From Patescibacteria group bacterium (GTDB taxonomy: Bacteria > Patescibacteriota > Gracilibacteria > UBA1369 > 2-02-FULL-48-14): 64,000 bases of DNA. The position numbers and the translations under genes were made by a program. This document shows positions 31,664 through 41,037 of this stretch, one piece after another. Location of the stretch: positions 31,104 through 95,103 of the forward strand of contig JAHIVE010000015.1 in NCBI GenBank assembly GCA_018816805.1, in the 5' to 3' direction. The notes beneath the pieces are model-generated. The model made no database searches and was not told the DNA's origin. It saw only the letters and a program-made list of their open reading frames with translations. Within the stretch, counting starts at the first letter, position 1, and each line of letters starts with the position of its first letter.

Positions 31664-31692
31664 AAAAAGGCCCCCTCAACGGGGGCCTTTTT
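31664..31692. terminator. Rho-independent terminator after rpsR
   Basis: aaaaaggccccc-tcaac-gggggccttttt. Confidence 0.9.
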
Positions 31693-31700
31693 AATAAATT

Positions 31701-31919
31701 CTAGTACTTACGTGTGTATGGGAGCATTCCCATTTCACGCGCTCGTTTTATGGCTAATGCCAGCTGTTTTTGCTGCCTCAGTGAAATCCCAGAATAATAG
31801 TGTGGAACGATCCGTCCGAAAGAAGAAAGATATCCACGAAGGGTTTCAACGTCTTTGTAGTCAATATATTCCGGTAATTCCGGACGAGCTGTTTTTTGTA
31901 GTTTAACTTTTTTTGACAT
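31701..31919 (-). CDS. rpsR: 30S ribosomal protein S18
   Basis: IDYKDVETL...GRI...QQKQLALAIKRAREMGMLPY. Confidence 0.97.
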   Translation of the reverse strand: MSKKVKLQKTARPELPEYIDYKDVETLRGYLSSFGRIVPHYYSGISLRQQKQLALAIKRAREMGMLPYTRKY

Positions 31920-31930
31920 GAGAAAATTTA

Positions 31931-32470
31931 TTAAAACATGTTGTCATCTTCGATGTTTGCAGACAAACCACCGGCTTCGTCCTTGTTTTGGTCGTCAGAA
32001 GCTGAGTCGTCTCCTGTGGTAGGTTCGTCACTGGCTCCATCATCACTAATTGAGCCTGAGCCCATTCTTGGTTCTTCTGTGTGAGATTCTTCGTCAACAC
32101 TGTAGCCATCTTCACCTGTTGGAAGGTATTCGCCTTCGCCTCGTTTTTCAAGCATAATCATGTCTTGCAATACTACTTCTGTGCGGAAACGACGAGTTCC
32201 GTCTTCCATATCCCAAGAACGTGTTTTTAGATAGCCTTCAACATAAACCAACATCCCTTTCTTGAGGTATTTTTGGCAAATTTCTGCTAAACGAGCCCAT
32301 GCTACACATTCATGGAATTCTGCGGAGTCTTTTCTTTCTCCGTTTGATGTTACCCATTGGCGGTTTGTAGCCAAACCGAAGGTAACGATTGATTGACCTG
32401 ATGTGGTCGATTTAAGTTCAGGATCTCGGGTGAGATTCCCGACCAGGATCACTTTGTTGACACTTCGCAT
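31931..32470 (-). CDS. ssb: Single-stranded DNA-binding protein
   Basis: VNKVILVGNLTRDPE; acidic tail; rpsF-ssb-rpsR synteny. Confidence 0.98.
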   Translation of the reverse strand: MRSVNKVILVGNLTRDPELKSTTSGQSIVTFGLATNRQWVTSNGERKDSAEFHECVAWARLAEICQKYLKKGMLVYVEGYLKTRSWDMEDGTRRFRTEVVLQDMIMLEKRGEGEYLPTGEDGYSVDEESHTEEPRMGSGSISDDGASDEPTTGDDSASDDQNKDEAGGLSANIEDDNMF

Positions 32471-32487
32471 GTGATAAAAGTTATGAA

Positions 32488-32982
32488 TTAAATGTCAATA
32501 TCTGTATCTTCGATGATTGCTTGAAGCTGTTCATCGAGTTTCGTAGATTTTTTTGGTGTTGCTTCTGTTTCCTCTTCAGGTGCAGGTTTTGAGGTCTTTT
32601 TTGCTTTTACTTTTTCATTCAATTCTTCTGCGTGGCGAGATTTAAGTTTTCGCCCGGTAGAAGGCTTTTTTTCAGTGCTGTAACGTGTAATTTTGTAATT
32701 TTCAGGGACTTTGATGAGTAGATAACGTAAAACTTCCGTTTGAATGCGGAGTTCTCTGTGCAGCTCTACCGAACCTTCAGGTTCGCCCTCAAAGTTCATA
32801 ACTACATAATAACCGGAGCTGCGCCCTTTGATTTTGTATGCAAAGTCGCGCTTGCCCCAAACGTCTTCTTCAACCATTTCAAAGCCGTTTTCTTTGATGT
32901 GTGATTTGACCTCATTTAGTGCCTTTTCAAGCTGTTTGTCGGTAAGGCGCGGGTCAAGAATGACCATTAATTCGTATTTCAT
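32488..32982 (-). CDS. rpsF: 30S ribosomal protein S6 with C-terminal extension
   Basis: YELMVILDP, WGKRDFAYKI and VLRYLLIK motifs. Confidence 0.97.
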   Translation of the reverse strand: MKYELMVILDPRLTDKQLEKALNEVKSHIKENGFEMVEEDVWGKRDFAYKIKGRSSGYYVVMNFEGEPEGSVELHRELRIQTEVLRYLLIKVPENYKITRYSTEKKPSTGRKLKSRHAEELNEKVKAKKTSKPAPEEETEATPKKSTKLDEQLQAIIEDTDIDI

Positions 32983-32992
32983 CTGTGTGGGG

Positions 32993-33472
32993 TTAATCCC
33001 TTCGTCCTAAACTTTGACGAAGGACAGACGCGGTGGAATTTAACACAGACTGCACACTTTCGCAAGGAGATTTTGCGCTGTATTCCTCTGGTGGGTAAAT
33101 TTGGTCAAAACCAGGTTGATGGCTGTAGGATGCCAAAACTTCAGGATCGGAGAGGGCTTGGAGAATTTTTTGCATTGTATGGATTCTGTCGTTGATTTTT
33201 GTGTAGATGTGTCTTAATTCACCAATAGAATAATCTACATGTGCTAATTTCAGAAGTATTAGCATTAAGTCCTCCCCTGCGGTTATTGCTTGGATTGCTT
33301 CTTTTCTGAGGTAGAGGCGGTAATTGTTTTCTTCATCCCAGAGTTTTTGTGCATCCCTTGGGTTTGCCAGGTGGACAATATGTACGGCAGCATTTTGGTA
33401 GTGCTCAAGAAAAATGGCTTCTTTGGCTTCAAAATGGATTTCTTCCGGTGATTTTTGGGGGCTTAATTCCAT
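32993..33472 (-). CDS. Hypothetical protein
   Basis: 159-aa ORF closely packed with its neighbours. Confidence 0.6.
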   Translation of the reverse strand: MELSPQKSPEEIHFEAKEAIFLEHYQNAAVHIVHLANPRDAQKLWDEENNYRLYLRKEAIQAITAGEDLMLILLKLAHVDYSIGELRHIYTKINDRIHTMQKILQALSDPEVLASYSHQPGFDQIYPPEEYSAKSPCESVQSVLNSTASVLRQSLGRRD

Positions 33473-33483
33473 GTTTTTGTGCG

Positions 33484-34026
33484 TTATTTTGCCTTTGCCA
33501 TAACTTCTTCAACAAAAATTGAGCCGCTGTCGTTGCTGGTGATTTCAAAGTGGACATCTTGGTAGTTTGTCTTCATTCGCTCTTGCCAAGATGGAACTTT
33601 TTTGGCATTTTCCGCCTTGGCTTTTTCAATTCTGTCCGGTCCTGTCCAAACTGTACCTCTTGTGTCTATTACGCGGTGCGGGGTCTGGCCCGGCGCAGTG
33701 GGATTTAAATTTACCGAATATTCAAAAACATACGTGTCATTTTCTTTCCGTGCGTTTACTGAAAATTCTGAAAGTGTGAAGGAATTTTTGGGGTTTCTTA
33801 TTTCCTCTTCAATGTGAGCGATGAAGGCCTTGTAGGCATCTTTGTGAAGTTCTGACAGGTTTTGGCCGCGTAGAGTTAGAGTTCTTTTTGGACCTTCGAC
33901 TTTGTATTCTGGCGAAGCGGTTGCGGCGATTGCTTCATTTGCTTGGATTCGCAGATTTTCAATTGTTGGATTGCAAGCCAGAGCGACCGAAAGCGCTAAT
34001 GTTGATAATTTGGGGTATTTTTCCAT
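33484..34026 (-). CDS. Putative lipoprotein
   Basis: Lipobox-like ALAC after a hydrophobic stretch. Confidence 0.65.
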   Translation of the reverse strand: MEKYPKLSTLALSVALACNPTIENLRIQANEAIAATASPEYKVEGPKRTLTLRGQNLSELHKDAYKAFIAHIEEEIRNPKNSFTLSEFSVNARKENDTYVFEYSVNLNPTAPGQTPHRVIDTRGTVWTGPDRIEKAKAENAKKVPSWQERMKTNYQDVHFEITSNDSGSIFVEEVMAKAK

Positions 34027-34153
34027 CTTGAAAAATGAGCTGTATTTTTAACAGATGACGGTTTTTTAGTCAAACTTCTGTAGAACTGCAATTAGGCAAT
34101 CTTGACGTTTGGGTACAGATATTGTATGTTTCACTCTAATTTTATTAAATATA

Positions 34154-35221
34154 ATGACTGAAATTCAAAATAATACACCTGAAGAATCACAAATTCAGGA
34201 TCTCTCAGAAAATCCTGGTTGTTTCCCACAATGGATCCCAAGTTGGGTTCGTAAAACCGTAATTTTTGTTCTTGGTCCGCATTTATTTGAAGCTCCAAAA
34301 CAGCAAAATGTCGCGACGCGTGCTATTTCAGCGCCTTCAAAGAAAGAATCAGAGCGAGAAATTACTTTGGAGGATTTGAAGAGGAAAGTTAAAGAATTGC
34401 TTAATAAATATGCTGATGCAATTGAGAAAGAAGAATATTTTTTACCGGAGTATAAGGAGATTTTTAATGGTGCAGTTGATCGTTTTCTATCTGATTCGCC
34501 GGGATACGAAATGCATTTGGGTGCTTATTTGCCGAAAAATGCAAAAGCTCAATTTTCTTTTGGGCCTACTTTTAATGGATTGAGTGGTTCTGTGAAATTG
34601 CCTGATTCTTTTGATGAACGTCGTGATTGGGATTTGCTTGAATTAATTCATGAGTTGGCACATGGGGATCATGTTTTTGGAAATTATGAAAAACTTGGAC
34701 ATAATGAGTTTGTGCGAAGACATAATGAGGAGTCTCAGCGGTTTGGTGTAAAGGCTGCATTGCTATATTCTGAAGCACGTTCACATATGATCCAATTGTT
34801 GTTGGCGGATATTTTATCTGGCGGTTTATTCCGCGCATATGTTGAGGAGGCAGGACCTGCTCATGCAAGTGGTGGTTTTGAAGCTTCAAATAGGATTGCG
34901 GAAAGATATGTTCCACAAATTGCGGAAAGATTGAATGTCCCTGACAATAGATTTGACATGAACAATGTTGCAAAATTAATGCGGCTTGCGTCTGCTATTT
35001 TCACAAGAGAACCGGATGCAGAAAAACCTTGGCCGGCAAGTTATGTTAGTGAATTAGTAAGAGATTATGCTCGCGTTGGAATTGAGACTTTTATCTACAT
35101 GCCAGCTGATTGTGAACAAATACCTGATGGTGTTATGTATGAATATTTGGAAAGTCCTGCTCGAGCTATTAAATTCATGAATAAAGATGGAGAGGTCGGC
35201 GGAAAGATGATGGATATTTAA
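34154..35221 (+). CDS. Hypothetical protein with HExxH zincin-like motif
   Basis: LIHELAHGDH and downstream SEARSH; likely start MTEIQ. Confidence 0.65.
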   Translation: MTEIQNNTPEESQIQDLSENPGCFPQWIPSWVRKTVIFVLGPHLFEAPKQQNVATRAISAPSKKESEREITLEDLKRKVKELLNKYADAIEKEEYFLPEYKEIFNGAVDRFLSDSPGYEMHLGAYLPKNAKAQFSFGPTFNGLSGSVKLPDSFDERRDWDLLELIHELAHGDHVFGNYEKLGHNEFVRRHNEESQRFGVKAALLYSEARSHMIQLLLADILSGGLFRAYVEEAGPAHASGGFEASNRIAERYVPQIAERLNVPDNRFDMNNVAKLMRLASAIFTREPDAEKPWPASYVSELVRDYARVGIETFIYMPADCEQIPDGVMYEYLESPARAIKFMNKDGEVGGKMMDI

Positions 35222-35222
35222 A

Positions 35223-36077
35223 TTAAGCGAATTTTATCTGTTCCAGGAGGTATTGGGTGCCTTCCGGGCCCCAGAGTTTTTTGCCCGTCGAGTCCAGAAC
35301 AGGAAGGGGGTAGACGGATGGTGTTTGGGCACCGACTGTGAAGGAGGTGCCGTAGTCGCCAGAGAGAAATTCGGCGTCATTTTTGCCTTTTTGGGCTTGA
35401 TCGCCTACGACGAGGATGTCTTTTATTGGGATGCGGAGGTGCTCAGACCAGCTTTTGATGGCTTTACCTTTGCCGCTTTCACGTGGGATTATCACGGAAC
35501 CTATGCCGGAGTCTTCAACGGAGAAATCTTTGGAGAGGCCCATTTCGTCTATGATTTTTGTCAGACGTGAGGCGGTTTTTTTTGAGACGTGGTTGATGAA
35601 GCGAGGGAAAATGTAGAACGGGCGAGGAAAGTGAACAATGATTGAATGAGTGCGAATGCTTATTACTGCGTGCCAGCCGAGTCGATCTTTTAAAAAGGCT
35701 TGCATTGCCTCTTGGGTGATTTTTTTGTTTGGCCAGGGGATTTCAAAGAATTTTTTGTATTTTTGGGTTCGGCAGTCGTAAAAAAACCCAATTCCGCCGT
35801 TTTCGCAGAAAATGAACCAACGAGTGCGATGTTCGTTTGTTTGCGGGCCGGCGTCGCAGATGTGTTGGAGACGGGTTTGGACATGTTCAATGTCGCGGCC
35901 GGTGCAAATTGCGAGAGGTACGTGGCCCGGTATGTGAGCCAGGGTTTTTATTAGGTGGCCTGGCATTATAAATTTTCTGATGTCCGTTAGAGTTCCGTCT
36001 ATGTCAAAAGCCGCGGCTTTGAATTTTTTTTTCATTGCGGAGTCGTGTGCTTTTTTTTGAGCCGAGGTGAGTTTCAT
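35223..36077 (-). CDS. HAD-superfamily (class IIB) hydrolase or phosphomutase
   Basis: FDIDGTL, CTGR, ENGG and GD...NDAE motifs. Confidence 0.9.
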   Translation of the reverse strand: MKLTSAQKKAHDSAMKKKFKAAAFDIDGTLTDIRKFIMPGHLIKTLAHIPGHVPLAICTGRDIEHVQTRLQHICDAGPQTNEHRTRWFIFCENGGIGFFYDCRTQKYKKFFEIPWPNKKITQEAMQAFLKDRLGWHAVISIRTHSIIVHFPRPFYIFPRFINHVSKKTASRLTKIIDEMGLSKDFSVEDSGIGSVIIPRESGKGKAIKSWSEHLRIPIKDILVVGDQAQKGKNDAEFLSGDYGTSFTVGAQTPSVYPLPVLDSTGKKLWGPEGTQYLLEQIKFA

Positions 36078-38656
36078 TCGCGGAGGAGCTTGAGTTCGTT
36101 TAGAGTTTGAAGTGCCTCAAGAGGCGTTAATTCATTTATATCAATTCCTTTAAGTTTTTCCAATGCCGGATGCGTTAAATAACCTGGTGTTCGGGCGGCC
36201 TTAAAAGAACTGTTAAAGAGGTTCATTTGGCTTTCCGGAATACTTGCGGATTGGATTTTTTTGGTTTCGAGTTCTTGCAAAATTTCATTTGCACGTTGGA
36301 CCAGGTCCGGTGGCATGCCGGCAATGCGGGCGACTTCAATTCCGTAGCTGCGGTCAATTGGGCCTTCTACAATGCGGTGGAGAAAAAGTACTCCTTTTGC
36401 GGTTTCTTTTACGTCAATTGAATAGTTTTTGGCACGCGGGAGACGGTCTGCGAGGCCTATTAGTTCATGATAATGGGTTGCGAAAAGTGTGAAGGCGCGG
36501 GTTTTTTCATGCAAAAATTCCAGGATTGCCCAGGCAAGGCTGAGGCCGTCGTAAGTGCTGGTGCCACGGCCTACTTCGTCGAGGATGATTAGGGAGCGCG
36601 CGGTGGCGTGATTTAGAATGTATGCGGATTCTTGCATTTCAACCATGAAGGTGGATTGGCCGCGGACCAGGTTGTCGGAGGCGCCAACGCGCGTAAAAAT
36701 TCTGTCAAAAACCGGAAGGGTTGCTGCGCGAGCCGGGACAAAAGAGCCGATTTGGTTTAAAAGTGCAATTAGTGCAATTTGCCTGAGGTATGTTGATTTT
36801 CCTGACATGTTTGGGCCGGTGAGGAGGAGAATTTCAGTTTCGTTAGCGTTGAAATTCGCCGGATTTGGGATGAATTTTTGTTCAAAAGTCATTGATTCCA
36901 CCACTGGATGACGGCCCTCTTCAATTTCCAGTTGGTGCTCTTTGCTCAAGGTTGGGCGGACGTATGAACGGCGCTCAGCCACAATTGCAAAGGACAAAAG
37001 TGCGTCCAGTTCACCGAGAGTTTGTGCGGAAAGTTTGATGTCTTTGACATATTCAAGCGTGAGAGCGCGGATTTCTTGGAAAATTTCGTACTCAAGTTGG
37101 TTGGCTTTTTCACGCGCGGTGAGGACTTTTTCTTCGTATTCTTTTAGTTCGGGGGTGATGTAGCGTTCTGCGTTAACCAGCGTTTGTTTGCGAATGAAAT
37201 AGTCCGGAACTCGGTCGCGGTTTGCATTTGAAACTTCAATGTAGTAGCCAAAAACTTTGTTGTAACTGACTTTCAGTGAAGAAATTCCGGTGTCCTTTCT
37301 TTCCTTTTCTTCAATGTTTTTGAGAGCTGTGCGGCCCGCTTTCATTAGGGAATGAAGTTCGTCCAGTTCAGTGCTGAAACCGGGTGCGACAATCCCGCCT
37401 TCATGCAAGCGTAGCGAAGGTTCTTCCAATATTGCGTTTGAAATTTTTGCGGTAAGCTGAGGGAGTTCTATGAGCTGGTTTTGCAGGGACCTTAGGCAAT
37501 TTGAAGTGGCGTTTGCGAGCAGATTTTTGATTTTTGGGATGATTTTTAGGGACAAGCCAAGCCCAATTAGGTCTCTTGGCGAAGCGGAATTTGAGCTGAG
37601 GCGGCCTAAAAGTCTCTCTAGGTCGCGTAAATTTTTAAGTTCTTCAACAAGGTCGGCGCGAAGGTCTGAGTTTTGGAGTAGTTCTTCGACCGCTTCGTGG
37701 CGAGCGGTGATTTCTTCACTTTTTAAAAGTGGGCAGGTGATCCAACGGCGAAGAGTGCGGCCGCCAACTGAAGTTAAGGTTTCGTCTAAAATTGAAATGA
37801 GGGTCCCCTGCTCCGAATTGCCGATCAATGACCCAAATAGTTCAAGGTTGCGGATGGTGGATTCGTCCAGTTCCATCCAGTTTTCACGGTAGTAAGCGGT
37901 GATGCGGTCCAGGTGGTTGATATCTTCTTTTTGAGTGTCTTTGAGGTAGCGCATGAGGACCGCGGCGGCTTGAATTGCAAATGGTTTGCTGGCGATTCCA
38001 AAGCCTTCCAAACCTGTTACATTGAAGGATTCGAGCAAGAATTTGTAGCCTTCTTCATAGAGGTCTGCCGGTGAGATTGGGGCTTTTGTCAGGCTGATTA
38101 TGAGTGTGCGGATGTCCGGGTCGTTGTAATGGTCACGGGAGAGGACAATTTCTGCCGGGTTTAGGCGGATTAATTCGCTTTTTAGGGTTTCGCGGCCCTG
38201 AATTTGGGCGGAAAGAAATTCTCCGGTTGTGAGGTCCGCAAAGGCCAGACCAAAATAGTCTTTTTGCGGGTAGAGAGCGAGAATGTAGCGGCTCTGTTTT
38301 TTGTCCAGGACTTGGTCTGAAAAAGTGGTGCCGGGAGTGATAATTTTTGTTATTTTTCTTTTGACAATTCCTGGCAGCGAAGGGTCTGAAATTTGTTCGC
38401 AAATGGCGACTTTTTTTCCGGCTTTGGTTAGTTTGGCTATGTAGGATTCCGCGGCGTGATAAGGGACGCCGCACATTGGGATTGGGTCTTTGCTTTTGTT
38501 GCGGGCGGTCAAGGTGATGTCAAGAATTTTTGAGGCTTCAAGTGCGTCCGGGCCAAAAAGTTCATAAAAATCTCCGAGTCTGAAAAAAAGCAGCGCGCCC
38601 GGGCATTCGCTTTTTATGGCGTGATACTGCTGCATCATTGGAGTGAGTTTGGACAT
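36074..38656 (-). CDS. mutS: DNA mismatch repair protein MutS
   Basis: TPMMQQY, GDFYELF, GPNMSGKSTY and DEVGRGTST motifs. Confidence 0.99.
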   Translation of the reverse strand: MSKLTPMMQQYHAIKSECPGALLFFRLGDFYELFGPDALEASKILDITLTARNKSKDPIPMCGVPYHAAESYIAKLTKAGKKVAICEQISDPSLPGIVKRKITKIITPGTTFSDQVLDKKQSRYILALYPQKDYFGLAFADLTTGEFLSAQIQGRETLKSELIRLNPAEIVLSRDHYNDPDIRTLIISLTKAPISPADLYEEGYKFLLESFNVTGLEGFGIASKPFAIQAAAVLMRYLKDTQKEDINHLDRITAYYRENWMELDESTIRNLELFGSLIGNSEQGTLISILDETLTSVGGRTLRRWITCPLLKSEEITARHEAVEELLQNSDLRADLVEELKNLRDLERLLGRLSSNSASPRDLIGLGLSLKIIPKIKNLLANATSNCLRSLQNQLIELPQLTAKISNAILEEPSLRLHEGGIVAPGFSTELDELHSLMKAGRTALKNIEEKERKDTGISSLKVSYNKVFGYYIEVSNANRDRVPDYFIRKQTLVNAERYITPELKEYEEKVLTAREKANQLEYEIFQEIRALTLEYVKDIKLSAQTLGELDALLSFAIVAERRSYVRPTLSKEHQLEIEEGRHPVVESMTFEQKFIPNPANFNANETEILLLTGPNMSGKSTYLRQIALIALLNQIGSFVPARAATLPVFDRIFTRVGASDNLVRGQSTFMVEMQESAYILNHATARSLIILDEVGRGTSTYDGLSLAWAILEFLHEKTRAFTLFATHYHELIGLADRLPRAKNYSIDVKETAKGVLFLHRIVEGPIDRSYGIEVARIAGMPPDLVQRANEILQELETKKIQSASIPESQMNLFNSSFKAARTPGYLTHPALEKLKGIDINELTPLEALQTLNELKLLRE

Positions 38657-38787
38657 TTTGGATTGTGGGGAAATTCAAATTCATCCTAACTTTTGTGCTT
38701 GCGAGATGCAAAAAAACGGGATTGCGGTTAAGTGGGATTTGATATTTTCTATGCTCTCAATTAGAGTTGTGTTCGTCTAAGGACGCT

Positions 38788-38862
38788 GTCCCTGTAGTTC
38801 AATGGATAGAACGAGGCTCTCCTAAGGCTTAAATACAGGTTCGATTCCTGTCGGGGACACCA
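38788..38862 (+). tRNA. tRNA-Arg (anticodon CCT)
   Basis: Cloverleaf with acceptor gtccctg/cggggac, D arm gttc/gaac, anticodon loop ctCCTaa, T loop ttcgatt and encoded CCA. Confidence 0.95.
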
Positions 38863-38867
38863 TTTTT

Positions 38868-39752
38868 TTACTCAAACAAATCCGTACTCAGGTACTTTTC
38901 GCCCCTGTCGGGGAGGATTGTGACTATTATGCCGCTTTGAAGTTCTTCTGCGAGGATGGCTGCGCCCCAAAGAGCTGCGCCTGAACTAACTCCAACCAAG
39001 AGGCCGTTTGTTTTTGCAATTTTTCGAGCCATTTCTACGGCGTCGCTACGCATGGCGAGAAGTTTTTTGTCCAGGTAGGATTCGTCAAATATTCCGGGTG
39101 GATTGGGTTCTTGCATAGAACGGAGGCCGTCGATTCTTTCGCCGAGAACGGGTTCGACTCCAATAATTTTGATGTCCAGATTTTTCTCTTTGAAATTAGT
39201 GGAAACGCCGCGGAGAGTGCCAAAAGTGCCCATTCCTCCCACAAAATGGGTGATTTTGGGGACTTGGGAGAGGATTTCTTGGGCGGTGGTGGCGTGGTGG
39301 GCGGCGGGGTTTTCAAGAGTGTTATGTTGGTTTGGCATCCAGTAGGTGTCGGGATTTTCCGCAACTAGTCGGCGGGCTTCTTCAATTGCACCGCCTGTTC
39401 CATTTTCCGGCGGGGTTTGTATGAGTGTGGCGCCGTATGCTTTGAGGATTTTTTTTCGTTCTTCACTCATTGAAGCAGGCATTGTGAGGGTGATTTCGTA
39501 ACCTTTGATGGCTGCGATCATAGCAAGTGCAATGCCCGTGTTACCGCTTGTGGATTCCAGGATTGTTTTTTCTTTGGTGAGTTCGCCTTTCTTTTCTGCT
39601 TGTTCAATCATTTGCTTTGCGATTCTATCTTTTACGCTGCCGCCAATGTTTTGGCCTTCCAGTTTGGCGAAAATTTTCACGTTCGGGTTTGTGGTAAGTC
39701 TTAGGATTTGAACGACCGGAGTGGAACCGATTAAATCTAGAATTTCTAGCAT
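38868..39752 (-). CDS. Cysteine synthase (CysM/CysK family, PLP-dependent)
   Basis: KLEGQNIGGSVKDR, TSGNTG, GTFGT and PDRGEKYLST motifs. Confidence 0.95.
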   Translation of the reverse strand: MLEILDLIGSTPVVQILRLTTNPNVKIFAKLEGQNIGGSVKDRIAKQMIEQAEKKGELTKEKTILESTSGNTGIALAMIAAIKGYEITLTMPASMSEERKKILKAYGATLIQTPPENGTGGAIEEARRLVAENPDTYWMPNQHNTLENPAAHHATTAQEILSQVPKITHFVGGMGTFGTLRGVSTNFKEKNLDIKIIGVEPVLGERIDGLRSMQEPNPPGIFDESYLDKKLLAMRSDAVEMARKIAKTNGLLVGVSSGAALWGAAILAEELQSGIIVTILPDRGEKYLSTDLFE

Positions 39753-39762
39753 TGTTTGGGGG

Positions 39763-40170
39763 TTAAAAAAGTTCTGAAAGGGGAATTAAGATGTCCGGGA
39801 TGATTTCTATTAATGGGGTTTTATCCTCTCCCCAGACATGTTTTGTGGTTTTGTAAGGTAGGAGTTTTGCCAGGAGGCCGCTTTCAACAACGAGCTCCTT
39901 TGAAACTTTTATACCCTCTCTGAACGAGAGAACGGAGATATTGTCGTCAAAAATGTCCAATTCGACGACTGGAATGCGTTTTAGGCCAATTTTTTTGGCG
40001 ATTGTCCACCTGTGATGACCGTCAAGAATGATTTTGTGGGTTTTATCCACGACGATTGGTTTTTTAAGATGCTTGTCTTTGCGGATTATTTGCTCGAGGC
40101 GAATGAGGTAGTCTTGGTCAACTTCCTCATGTGGTGAGATTTTTGAGATTTCAAGATAAATAATGTCCAT
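39763..40170 (-). CDS. ParB/sulfiredoxin-fold protein (SbnI/SerK-like N-terminal domain)
   Basis: PHEE...PIVVD....ILDGHHRW and P.KTTKH motifs; 10 bp upstream of cysteine synthase. Confidence 0.8.
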   Translation of the reverse strand: MDIIYLEISKISPHEEVDQDYLIRLEQIIRKDKHLKKPIVVDKTHKIILDGHHRWTIAKKIGLKRIPVVELDIFDDNISVLSFREGIKVSKELVVESGLLAKLLPYKTTKHVWGEDKTPLIEIIPDILIPLSELF

Positions 40171-40183
40171 ATTTGTGATATTT

Positions 40184-40212
40184 AAAAAAACCGCCCGTGA
40201 ATGCAGGGCGGC
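40184..40212 (-). terminator. Attenuator terminator in the cys operon leader
   Basis: Minus strand gccgccc-tgcattcac-gggcgg followed by T7. Confidence 0.85.
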
Positions 40213-40236
40213 TTTTGGTTTTTTATTAAAGATTCG

Positions 40237-40299
40237 CTAAATTGCCCTGCAGATTATGCAAGGACAACAATATTTGTTATTTAGGTTTTCTTTCCTCAT
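40237..40299 (-). CDS. Cys-rich leader peptide MRKENLNNKYCCPCIICRAI
   Basis: Four Cys codons in seven; the 3' part of the ORF (tgcagggc) is complementary to the terminator 5' arm (gccctgca). Confidence 0.88.
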   Translation of the reverse strand: MRKENLNNKYCCPCIICRAI

Positions 40300-40346
40300 T
40301 TGTGGTCATTTTAACACTTTCTTTGTGGCTGTCCAGTGAAGAAGTA

Positions 40347-40392
40347 TTGACGGTGAGCGCGCACTCACCTACAATGTGAGCACATACTCACC
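40347..40392 (+). promoter_or_regulatory. lexA promoter overlapped by two palindromic operators
   Basis: TTGACG-17-TACAAT; ggtgag-cgcgca-ctcacc (40352-40369) and tgtgag-cacata-ctcacc (40375-40392). Confidence 0.85.
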
Positions 40393-40402
40393 CTAAAGTC
40401 AC

Positions 40403-41020
40403 ATGGAACCAATTACTGAAAAGCAAGAATCCGTTTTGAAATTTATTGAGGATTACCAATTCAAATTTGGTTCTTCCCCTACCCTGCGTGAAATGCGTGA
40501 GCACTTTAATGTGAGCAGTGATAACAGTATCTTAAAACACTTAAAGGCTCTTCAAGAAAAGGGTTATATAGAGAAGGATGATACACCTCGTGGAATAAAA
40601 CTTTTAAATATTGTTAAGGAAAAGCTTACTGCGGCCTCTAATATTGCTCGCATTCCATTGCTTGGTACTATTCCGGCCGGAGGACCTGTTCTGTCTGAAG
40701 AGTATGTTTTAGACTATTTTGAGGTTGGTCAGGATATGCTTAAGAAGCCGCAGGGTTCTTTTGCGCTTCGAGTTAGCGGACTTAGTATGATTGATGCAGG
40801 TATTTTGGAAGGGGATTTTGTGATTGCAAATAGAGATATTGATCCAAAAGATGGGGATATTGTTGTTGCTTTGGTTGATGGCTCAAATACTGTGAAGCGT
40901 TTTAGGAAAAAAGGTCATCAAGTTTGGCTCCAAGCGGAAAATTCTGATTATTCAGATATTGAACCGGGTGAATACCTTGAAGTACAAGGGGTGGTCACTG
41001 CGGTTATTCGTCAATATTAA
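40403..41020 (+). CDS. lexA: SOS repressor LexA
   Basis: N-terminal wHTH (SPTLREM), cleavage site IPAG, catalytic Ser in GLSM and Lys in TVKR. Confidence 0.96.
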   Translation: MEPITEKQESVLKFIEDYQFKFGSSPTLREMREHFNVSSDNSILKHLKALQEKGYIEKDDTPRGIKLLNIVKEKLTAASNIARIPLLGTIPAGGPVLSEEYVLDYFEVGQDMLKKPQGSFALRVSGLSMIDAGILEGDFVIANRDIDPKDGDIVVALVDGSNTVKRFRKKGHQVWLQAENSDYSDIEPGEYLEVQGVVTAVIRQY

Positions 41021-41037
41021 TTTAACCACTCCATACC

